From the human T2T-CHM13v2.0 reference genome, Homo sapiens: DNA of 64,000 bases. The notes beneath the pieces were generated by a model. That model was not told the DNA's origin, ran no database searches, and saw nothing but the letters and a program-made list of their open reading frames with translations. The translations under genes were made by a program, and so were the position numbers. Positions 52,900-64,000 of the stretch are shown here, piece by piece; the stretch's first letter is position 1; the number at the start of each line of letters is the position of its first letter. The DNA lies in the NCBI RefSeq assembly GCF_009914755.1, contig NC_060931.1. One strand, written 5' to 3'.

Positions 52900-54975
52900 T
52901 TACTTATCTTTTGGCTTTCTTTTAAACAGGTACTTCAGGTCTTCCACAGGTTCACAGGTATAGTGGCTGGAGGGAGCCTCCAGTTCCAGGTCCGGGGCTT
53001 CAGATATTGCAGACTTAACCCTGGAAAGATGTATCCAACAATCTAATCCTAGTGCTTTGACTGTGGAAGGCGTGGCCAACACAACGGAAAACAGTCCTTT
53101 CCATTTGGGTTGTAATTGTTGAGCAGGTGACCCTTCGTTCCATGTTTTAACAAGTACCTTATCTCCTGGCCTGACCTTGGTGCGCTGGTTAGTTCCTGGT
53201 ACAGGGAACCTTTGAGTTCCAAACTTTTTGTAAAGCCTGCTGAAATTGTTCCAGGTTAACTAAGTATTTTACTAAACCGGCTGCTTCTGGATCAATCATT
53301 AGATCATTAGTTTAAAATGGCCTCCCATATAATATTTCATATGGGCTCATATTAATTTTTGCTCTTGGGGAATTACAAATTCTTAAGAGGGATATGGGCA
53401 GTAAGCTGATCCAAGTTTCTGTTGTTTCCTGATGTAGCTTAGCTAATGCCCGTTTTAGAGTTTGATTAGCCTTTTCTACTTTCTTGGAGGATTAAGGCCT
53501 CCATGCTGAATGTAAATAGTATTTGATTCCAAGAGCCTTAGTTATATGAGAGTTATTTGGGAGTTATAAATAACCCTTGAGTTATTTGGGAGACAAAAGA
53601 AGGCTGTGATCACTTTGGAGGCTTTGGGGTAACCCAAACTGGGGGAATATTTCCTTCAAGAGAAACTTTATAACCTCATTAGCCTTCTCTATTCTGGTAG
53701 GGTAAGCTTCAACACAGCTAGTAAAAGTGTCTATTCGTACTAACAAAAACTTGTATCCTTTACAACCTGGCATGTGGGTAAAGTCCAGTTGCCAGTCTTC
53801 CCCTGGGTAAGTTCTCCTTCTCTGGACTGGTCCTATTAGAGGAGGCATTTTGTTTCCTGGGTTGTTGAATGCACACAGTGAGCAGGTTTGTCAGATCTGC
53901 TTAACCACTGAAGCTAAGTTAGGCCCAATGAAGAATCTGTTTACCAGACCAGAGTGGCATCTCTTCACATATGGAAAAAGTCATGAAGATTTTTATAATT
54001 CTCCATTGGGCCGTTTGAGAGAGATACATTTTTGATCCCATACACCACAGGATCCTTGTTTTTGTCCCCTTTGCTCCTTTATTAACTGTTTTTCCTGTGA
54101 TGTGTATTCAGGTTCTATTGGGAAATCGTAGAAAGGAAGCAGTGCTAGGATTTGTTGAGATTGCACCCTGAACTGCTGCTTTGGCTTCCCTATCTGCCTT
54201 TTTGTTTCCTTGTGCTATAGGGGTTAAGTCCTTTTGATGCCCCCTACAATGGATTATAACTATGATGCAGGATTTTGCTCCTTAGCTCAGCTAGGTCTTG
54301 GTCCTTGTCTCACATCCAGGAAGAATTAGGCACACAGATACCAGAGAGTGGCTGCAGTAGAATTTATTAAGCAAAAGGAAAACTCCCAGCAAAGAGAGTG
54401 GTCCTGAGAGCAGGTTGCCATTGCACCCTTCACAGTTGAATATCCAGGCTTAAGGTGCAAATTCCTGGCAGCTCCATCCCATCCTTCCAGTGCACATGTG
54501 GGCCCTTAGACTGAGTGACTCCAAATTGATTTATTTCCCTTACTGCACGTGTATTAATGAATGGAATTTTCCACTGCAGGTGTGTTTAGGCAAGCCCGCT
54601 GTGCAAGTTTCCTCAAATGTACAAAACATCCGGTATAAGCACTTGTGGGGCAGGTTGGAGGTTCTCTGGGGACCTTTCCCTTACTGTCTGCCTAAAGCAA
54701 GCTGGCTAACTCCTTTCAGCTATGGCCTCTGGCAAGTATATTGTTTCCCGTAGTTGAAGAATTTCACACCCATGCTTTATGGAGAAATGCTTATCAGTTA
54801 GTAGTCCTGTTTCTTTCCAAATTTTGGCATGAGCATGAACCTGAGACCCGCATATTTAGAATCCATATAGATGTTAAGCTTTTTCCCTTTTCCCAATATT
54901 GGAGCTCAGGTAAGAGCAATAATTTCAGCTTTTTGTGCTGACGTACCCAGGGGCAGAGGCTGAGCCTCAAAAACA
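52900..54975 (-). pseudogene. pol: Gammaretroviral-like ERV1 pol remnant (RNase H and integrase)
   Basis: ORF 53582-53848 PGEDWQLDFTHMP...IDTFTSCVEAYPTR...FGLPQSLQSD (integrase core); ORF 52900-53082 (integrase C-terminus, WIHLSRVK); RNase H NIYMDSKYA at ~54850-54880. Confidence 0.88.
54263..54718. mobile_element. Solo ERV1 LTR (MER61-like) inserted in pol
   Basis: TGATGCAGG...CTAACTCCTTTCA with 4-bp TSD ACTA/GCTA. Confidence 0.75.
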
Positions 54976-56678
54976 GTGTTATAATTTGGATTCTCTTTTA
55001 GGGTGCTAACTCCCAGGGCAATGTTAGTGCTGGAGTACTAGGCATACTGTGAAAGGAGCCAGGGGTGTTAGAATGAGTGCCTCAGCTTAAAAGGGACACA
55101 TTTGCATGATAGTAACAACTTGACAAAAGAAAAAGAAAAGTTTATAAAATAAATTAATTATTGAGTATGAATATACAATCCCTGGTATGTTTCTGAAAAC
55201 ATTAGTCTTGCTTACAATAGGACTATAATTACGGAAAAATTTAAAGGAATTAAATATTTAATGGATACAATGTGGGATACAGCATGAAAGTATTTCTTCT
55301 TATGGGAACAATAGTGCCATTAATTTCCTTGATGCCTGAAATTCTATAAACTTATTCATTATAGACGTTATGAACTATCCTCGTCTCATTTCACATAAAA
55401 CACAAATTTCCTCTACCTCATTTCAAATTTTAGGTAGAAGTTTATGAAGTAGCAAAAGAAATAAAGGTAATTTATCCACATAACTATTTTGGGGAAACAG
55501 AGGGTGCGACTAGATTAGGGAAGGCATGGAATGGAGTAGGGTCATTGGTCTATTTACCAACGTCACTGACTTTGACCTCTTAGGAGTGGTAACTGCAGCT
55601 TTTTACGTTTAGTCTTCCTTGCTAAAGGTCAGGGAAGAGTGGCCTTCAGGCTTCCTTGGTAAAGGAAAGGGGAGGAGAGAAGGGAGCATCAGTGTGAGAT
55701 TCCCAGGGTACCGCCTACCTACGCCCCTCCCCACTCCCCCAATATGGATCCCGCTGCCTGGATTCCTCCTACTACTCTCCCTCAGCCCTTGATTCTGTCT
55801 ATTTTGGGTCCTTAGTTGCAAGACTGCCTTATTTTATGCATTATTTATGACCTGTGCATCGTCTTATTCCTCCAACGACACTGAGCTTGTCTCTTCTCAA
55901 CAGTGTTCTCAGCACTGTACACATGGAAGGGGCACCATGATGAACTGCGCAGCTGAGTTGAAATGAGATCAAATAGGAAGGGCAGTGAGGGAAGGGCCGA
56001 CAGTTTCCCGTCTGTGAGAAAGCAAGGCTGCTGTTGTGCTGACTGCCGCAGCAAGCAACATGCTCTGGAGGTCCCTTTTTATGTCGGACTCCGTGGCCTC
56101 AGTTTCCTTTGTGAGTTTATACTCATTGACAAAGGCAGGCGGTGTAAGGTAAGAAGTGCTGGTCTGGAGCATGGACCCTCCTCCCTGGGCTGCCCCACGG
56201 TCTAGCCAAGACTCATTCCTGGACACATGGTCACTTGGGCCAGCTCTGTCACAGCCCAGTGTCCATCCATTTCCCATCACATCCTCTGCATCCAGGTTTT
56301 CTGACTGAAGCCTCACACCCTCAGGGCCAGGCTCCCTCCTCCTTCCAGAGCCACCTCATTTATGGAAAAGCTCCCTCAGGTGACTGAGATGACACCAACT
56401 CTGCCTCCATCCCCTTTCCCTTTGGGAACCAAGATACCTAAAGAGAGCTTGTGAGCTCTGGGCCTTTGGGTGTGGGAGACAAGGCACCAACATCATGAAT
56501 AAAAGCACAAAAAGACAATGAAAGATGAATGGGATATTCAAGACAATTATCTCAGGGGCTGTTTCTGGTTATAGGCTAACAGGTGGGGGTTCTCACGACA
56601 AAGCCCCTGGATGGATTCCACAATGTCCTAATCCCTGAACAGGGGGTCTTCTCTTTTCCCTAAAAATATCTGTATGTG

Positions 56679-57169
<491 letters not shown>

Positions 57170-59902
57170 TTAGCATGTCCTCTAACATCCCTATGATATC
57201 GTCTAAATAGATATTAAAATCTGCTTTTAAAATATTCAAAAACTGAGCATGACAGGATGCACTGAAGCCATGCAGTTAGTTATGAAGCCAGTATGTTCTT
57301 AATAAAAAATCCATTCTAAATAATATTTGCAATGAGGTATACTAAGGCCGATAACACAAAACAAGATTGACAAGCTAAACCCTTCCACTAAAACCAGCTG
57401 GATAATTATTTTGAAAATTCTTAAGTGATAGTTTTTCCAACAATAAATCTTAGAAGAATAGACTGGAGGCATTCTAAATAGGATAATTTCCATGGAAAAT
57501 AACCTGGAGTTTTTAGTTGAGCCAAAATCAATAAGAACCAATGGCGCAAAAAACCTTTCACCAAAAAAGCCCCTTTAACTCACGCTTTCTTAACAGAAGC
57601 CCTGGATCCAACAGGAAATAATATTCCCAACTCTCTGTAAGTTTATCAGAAACATAGATCAATTCCAGGGACTAGACTATAGGAAATATTGGCAATTTGG
57701 AGTGTTCAGTGGAGTGTAGCAAAGAATATGAAGGGAGTTTGTAAAATAATTATATATTATTATACATTATACAGAAAATAGTGAATGAGCTCACTAAAAT
57801 CTTAAGAAAAAAGCTGCTTGGCAGTTATACAGATCTGAAGAAATTTGCTATCAGTTGATATGCAAAGCAGAAAACAGACAAATGGGTACCTGTTTCAGAA
57901 ATTTTTTCACCATGAAGGGAACTCTAAATAAGATATCCAAAGATGTAAGTGGGTAATGGCAGCAAGAGAAGACTAGTGTTTGAAAAGGGAACTTAGAAAG
58001 CTTGATGACTTTAGCCATAAAGCTTGACAATTTCAACCATGAGTAAAACAGAAGTTAAAGTTCACGCAGGAGAGTGACGTGAGGAGAGCTAATGTACCTT
58101 CCCATTTTACTAGTTTGGAATTCTGACTTTTGGTCTCACAGTAGGTCATCTGCAAGACTGGGACCACATAAAAACTTCCATGTGGTTTTTGAGAGCAAAT
58201 GTTTTAATCTGCCCTCTTCACCCTCAGAAGTATCTCCTCCAGGAATCTACTCCAGTGCTTACATTTCAAACTCTTAGGATTTAGGGTTTTATTAATTAAG
58301 ACTCTGTAAAACCTGTGGTTTAGCACACATGAAACTATTTACTAACACCTGAAGCATGGACATGGGAGGTGATATGAGTATGAGGGAGAGAGAAACGGGC
58401 TAGAGAAACGGGCTTGAGAAAGTGCATGCACATGAGCAGGTCAGGGTTGAATCTCCAGGCAACAGAGACAGTACAGCCATCTCTCCCACCCTCTCCCCAA
58501 GGAGACCTCACAAAGGCATTATCCCTCCCAGCCAGTCTTGACATACAGAGTGGAGGGTTGAGTAGTGAGCTGTCGAATGGGAAAATCGTGCAGTGCAGCC
58601 TCACCTGATGGTAAGATTTTAAGGATGTGTGTAGGCCTCTGTGAATTCAGTTTTCAGATCTTCCTGTGGCATTTCTCCATTTTTGCTCATGTGTTTAGCA
58701 TTTGCCCAGTTTTGCACTGTATCATTTCACGAAGATCAAATGGGATGTGAAAAGGACAATAAAATTATTTAAATGATTAAATAATAGAAAGAATAATGCA
58801 AAGACATGCTGAAGAAACAGTTATTTTCCAAACATCCAGTAATCTTTCAGCAACTTGACTGGCAGATTTCTCTCCAAATACCTCACATGAGCAGTTGATG
58901 GGACATATTTACCAACTGTGCTCACCGTTAGCAACCTTGCCCAAAACCTAAATTCAGTCTGTTCTAGTCAACACCTGAAGCCCATTTTCTCCTCTCCTTT
59001 ATTTGTGCAATGAATGGTATTAAGGTGTTCCTTGTGCCCCAGCTAAGGATTTATTATTTTCTCTTAGGCTGGTCTGCAGCTCCTTGTGGGCCAGTCCCTG
59101 GGTCCCCATGATGGCTCATGAGCTCCAATAAAGAATCACTGGGGACAGGTCCTGTATTAATCCCAAACATTCTTTCCATTAGACTGAGAGTTTGCTTGAG
59201 GTCAGAGATTCATGACTATCTTGTGGACATGTGATTTGCAGAGCCCAGCAGAATAAACACAAAAAATTATTAAGTAAGTGAATTTTGTTACATACCCTTT
59301 ACACAGAAAAATTATTTTCCCTAGCAGAATAACACATGAAAAATTGAGTAAATAAAATTTATTACATATCCTTTACACACGAAAAAACCCCTATCTTTTT
59401 CACAGTGTAAATAGGTCTGTGCAGAGGAATATTTTTTTGCTTGTTAAAACTTTGTTTCAACATAACTTTGCTTACACAAATACACTCATATTGGTTAACA
59501 GAATGCAATTTAAGTTTAACTTATCCTACACAATTTGGATCAAAAACTTGGTACATGGTTTAAGATTTTTAAAAAGGATTTGCAATCTGGTTTATTTTTA
59601 TCTATTACAAATGTATAAAAGATCCTTAATAAAATGCTGCTAAACAAGGCAGCAAGAACCTTTGGTTTGCTTCAGAAAAATAACACATATTGCACTGCAT
59701 AAGTTTATAAAACTGGTGCAACAAAACATTGTTGTATGCCAGAGACATTGTTTCAATGCCAGTTTAGAAAGTTCAATAACTAATGGGTATGGAAGAGACT
59801 GGGAGAGAACCTATGTCCACATGTGAAACTGTAAAAGCTATCTGATTTAGTTAGTATTGCATGTAGATTGTAAATTCACACAAACCAAAATTCAGATACT
59901 TT

Positions 59903-60468
59903 CTAAAAGCAGAACTTCCATTCAACCCAGAAATCTCATTACTTGGTACATACCCAGAGGCATATAAATCATTCTACCATAAAGACACATGCACACATAT
60001 GTTTATTGCAGCACTATTTACAATAGCAAAGACTTGGAACCAACCCAAATGCCCATCAGTAATAGACTGGATAAAGAAAATGTGGCACATATATACCATG
60101 GAATACCATGCAGGCATAACAAGGAACAAGTTCATGTCCTTTGCAGGAATATGGATGGAGCTGGAGGCCATTATCATCATCAAACTAACACAGGAACAGA
60201 AAACCAAACACCGCATGTTCTCATTTATAAATGGGAGCTGAACAATGAGAACACATGGACACAAGGAGGGGAACAACACACACTGGGGCCTGTTGGTTGG
60301 GCAGTGGGAGAGAGAACACCAGGATAAATAGCTAATGCATGCAGGGCTTAATACCTAAGTGATGGGCTGATAGGTGCTGCAAACCACCACGGCACACATT
60401 TACCTATGTGAAAAACCTGCATGTCCTGTACATGTATCCTGAAACTTAAAATGAAATAAAATAAAAAG
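59903..60468 (+). mobile_element. 5'-truncated L1PA (older subfamily) 3' end
   Basis: ORF 59999-60241 is the ORF2 C-terminus, followed by 3'UTR and an A-rich tail. Confidence 0.9.
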
Positions 60469-63059
60469 AATGTAGGTTATCATTGCTTCCAAATAGGCAG
60501 CAAATCTAAAACTAAAACTGTCAGCAGTTTAGGCTTTCAGAACTCAGTTGTCAGATTCCTGCATGGCAGGTTAGGCCAGAGGCACCTGCTTCAACTAAGT
60601 GGTCATCTTGCCTACTCCTGAGGAAGTCAGAAATGGTCATTGTTGGGTCTGTCTGAATAAGGCCGTGTGTGGGTCTGCAGACTCAGAGAATAACTCTCCT
60701 GTCACCCTTGGGTCAGCACCAGCCTGGGGAGGGTCTACAGAGGGGCCTGAGCACAATTCCGCAAGGTGTCCGTGGAGAGACTCCTCCTCATCCCAGTCTG
60801 GCCTTCCAGCCATCCAGAGCACATCCCATGTGTAGGGAGGGGACATGGGCCCCAATTCTAACTCTGTCCTGTGTGGAAACCACACTGTATGTGAAGGCTG
60901 AGATAACAGATGGAGGAGGTGAGACAGGAAATGGCTGTTGCAGCCACAGGAAGTAGTGTTGCTGCATTCACAGGTAAATTTACAATAAACAGTCTTGCTT
61001 TCATATCTTGAGAAGGTTCTGGGAAATGGGCTCACATCAGTTGTAGACCACAGACCTCCTGGGGACATGCTGAGAGGCACATGAACAAAAACCTCTACAC
61101 TGTATAATAAAGAGGTACAAACTTCTACAAATGGCAGGTAACACTGGTTTAAGAAAAATGCTGCATTGCCAAAGCAAAGGAAGAACTGAAACTATGAGGA
61201 GACATTGTCCAAACCTAAGTGCAAAGCCCTTGGGATGGAGGCGATCCTGACTCTTGAGGCCTTTTCTTCCTGTCCTGACCCTCCTGGGCACGCTTTGCTC
61301 CCCCATGATATTGAGGAATAGGTCAGAAACCAGGGGCTTTCAGGGGAACAGTATGGTTTGTGGTAAGGTGAGATAGGGATTGGAACATGAAGAAAGGGGG
61401 GCTGAGTGCCCATGTCTCTCAGCACAACCTGCCTCCTTGGTTATTTTGCACCAAGAGGGGGACAAAGCTGACATACTGGCCCCTCAGTCTCTGCAAGTCA
61501 ACACTGTGTGGAATCTCAGGGGTCAGACCCCAGAACTTCGGGCTTTTACGAACATAGCTCCCTGGACAGGGCACTCTACTCCTCACCTCCCAGGGTTGGC
61601 ATTGTCACTCTCCTGGTCTGGTCACCAGGTATGGTCTCCATTAGGGATCACAGGTCCTCAGAACCAGCCCTGTGCAGTTCAGCTGTGTTCCCACAGCTCT
61701 CTGAGAACTGAGTCTCTGTTGATGGGTCATTTGGCCAGCCTGTGCTAATGGGTGAGTATAGTTTCGTGCTCACTGGGTAAGGTCAGAAATATCAGAGAAC
61801 TTTGGATGTTGATGTGGGAAGAGAACTTAAGTCACCTCCCGCAATCCTCACTTTAACCATAAAACAAGCATCATGCCCCCAACCTTCATCTCCTGACCCC
61901 CAGGCTGCTGCTCTTTCCATGAGGTGGTGAACTTGTCAGTGGGAGGCACAGGTGCTAGGGTGCTAATGGCAAAGTCCATGCTGATGGGCTCCAGTGGAAA
62001 ACCAGGGCCTCCATGCTAGCGAGGAGCCCTAGTGATGCAAACACAGTCCTGATGGATGCTACCATGCCACTCAGAGAGGGAAAGAATGAATGTGTCAATG
62101 CACCGCAGCAGAGACAATGCTGGGGGAGGCGGGCGGAGAAAGTCCCTACGTAATTTAATGCAGTACAACGAGGGCTTTTGGAGTTGATACCCTTCCCTTT
62201 GTTAATATCAATATAATTCTCTTAGTAGAAATTCCAGTTTCTATGACAGTATGAGAATGTCTCATGGCCATGAGTCATGCTTACAGGCAAAGGGGCTTTG
62301 CAACCATCTCTGATCACTCTAGCCTGGCAGTCTGCCTATGCCCTGAAATGTGCTCCACCACTCAGAGACAGAAATCATTGCCTATTCTCCAGACTGAATG
62401 AACTCCTAAAGCCTTTTTTCCCATAGAGATGCTAAACTCAGAAAGGATAAGACCTAAAAGTTGGAGAAGCTGGGAGGTGGCTGGGCCCCAGCATGGTGTG
62501 TGCACATGCGTTCTCTGGATGGAGGCAGAGCGGGCTCTGAGAGCAGACAGGCAGGCTCTGGAGTGGCCTTTTCAGGAAAGCCAGTGTCTCTGCTCTACTT
62601 TCTGACCTTCAGGACCCACTGATTCTGGGTTCAGCGTGGGACTGAGGAATGGGTGTCCCATGAGGTTGGATATTCCCTAAGGTAGTGGGGCTGGGAGCTG
62701 GGATCAGGATTAACAGGACACCATGCAAGAAAGAGAGAGGAAAGAGGGAAGAGCAGTGAGACAGAAAGAGGCACAAACTGACAGTGGGAGAGTGAAGTAC
62801 AGGGTTTAGGGAGCAAAGGAGAGGCAGGAAAAGGAGAAGAACAGGGAGACTTTCTGTAGCTAGAAGGGACTTCTCTCTTCACTTCTCTAATGAGTCTGTA
62901 CCCAGCAGATCAAGATTATGTAGCTCAGACCTACCATGTGTGTTGCTCAAGAAGCCATGATCACCTAGGTTACAGTTCACACTTCTTGGCCTGAAATTGA
63001 CAGCTTTTATATCAGGCTGCAAACTTTCTTCACAGCCCCCTTGCTTCTATTCTGCTACC

Positions 63060-63290
63060 TTATGAGACTCGCAGCAAGGCGCTTGGGGTAGACAGACTCC
63101 ATCTCTGATTCTACTTTCATTCTCTGAGTAACACTGGTTGAGTTCCTCATCTTCCTGAGCCTTATTTTTACTTCTTTAGACATGGACATGATAATTTCTA
63201 CTTCCTACTGTTGCTGTAAGCATTAAATGAGAAGAAGATATAAAACCCAGGGCTGAGCCAGAAAGAATTAAGTAAGCGGTAGCTGTATCT
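63060..63290. mobile_element. MIR remnant
   Basis: CTCTCTGAG...CTGAGCCTTATTTTT...ATAAT...GTTGCTGTAAGCATTAAATGAGA core-like text. Confidence 0.55.
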
Positions 63291-63754
63291 GCTCTATAAG
63301 GGGTACCCATTTACTTTTTCTTACCCAGGCAATGCTTGTTTTTACCTTAAAGCCATTCACACTATTTCCTTCCACCTGTTTATTTGTCTGTCCCCAAAGT
63401 TCTCCACATTTCCAAATCCTCCCTTCCTTTAGTGCAAAATTCCTACATGACAACCTCCACAACTTGAGATTTTTTGATCCTCTGCTGTCTGTCAATCAGA
63501 CAATGCCTCTTGGACTCCATTACTCCATGTGTGCTGGTTTCATTTCCTCAGCAACATGGGAAGACATTTGTACAGATGGAGCCAGGTTGGTTTCTTCTTC
63601 TTTTTCCCCTTACTCCATCCTCTGCCACATGACAGATACATCAGAGATTTTAAACCTTACTTGGAGTTCATGTAAATGGCCCAGTCATTCTGATGGTCCC
63701 CAGGGGTGCTAGTTTATAGTATTAGCTCCTTTTCAGACTTACTGTGTATTAGAC

Positions 63755-63936
63755 CAGTGGTTCTCAAAATGTGGGCCATGGATCAGCAGCATCAGTATGA
63801 ACCGGAAACTTGTTAGGAAATATGGGCTCCATCCTTAACTCATGGAATCAGAAACTCTGGGGGCGGAGTCCAGCAATCTAAGTTTCAGTAAAACCCCCAA
63901 GTGAGTCTGATGCCTGCTAAAGTTTGAGAACCACTG
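63755..63936. mobile_element. MER5A hAT MITE
   Basis: Inverted termini CAGTGGTTCTCAAA / TTTGAGAACCACTG. Confidence 0.9.
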
Positions 63937-64000
63937 AGCTAAAGCTTTGTCTGTTAAAGGACTCTCACCTATGATTAAATCAGCTGAAATGGAGATCATA

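Overview
Eukaryotic, primate (most likely human) genomic DNA from the GIMAP cluster (7q36.1 in human). It holds one intact protein-coding gene, GIMAP6, on the minus strand: non-coding exon 1 ending at 29055, coding exons 27029-26945 and 25399-24606 (292 aa), an in-frame upstream acceptor at 25609 (362 aa), and a polyA signal at about 22285. The rest is mostly transposable elements: several L1PA/L1PB/L1M copies, about 10 Alus, MaLR/ERVL LTRs, Tigger3/MER47/MER5A/Charlie DNA transposons and ERV1 remnants. The most striking structure is a 3.3 kb non-autonomous HERV-K14(HML-1)/LTR14-type provirus (9358-12635, minus strand). Most of its gag and all of pro/pol are missing, and in their place is a spliced TRPC6 mRNA fragment, which is retroviral transduction of a cellular ion-channel transcript. 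I recall this class being described for HERV-K14, so it is probably not new as a phenomenon. It sits in an L1 5'UTR inside an older ERV1 provirus (7026-18257). A weak, speculative Ty3/gypsy Gag-like fossil may lie at about 57.5-58.0 kb. Repeat subfamily names are from memory of consensus sequences and need RepeatMasker/Dfam confirmation. No prokaryote-type systems (CRISPR, operons, rRNA, tRNA) are present.
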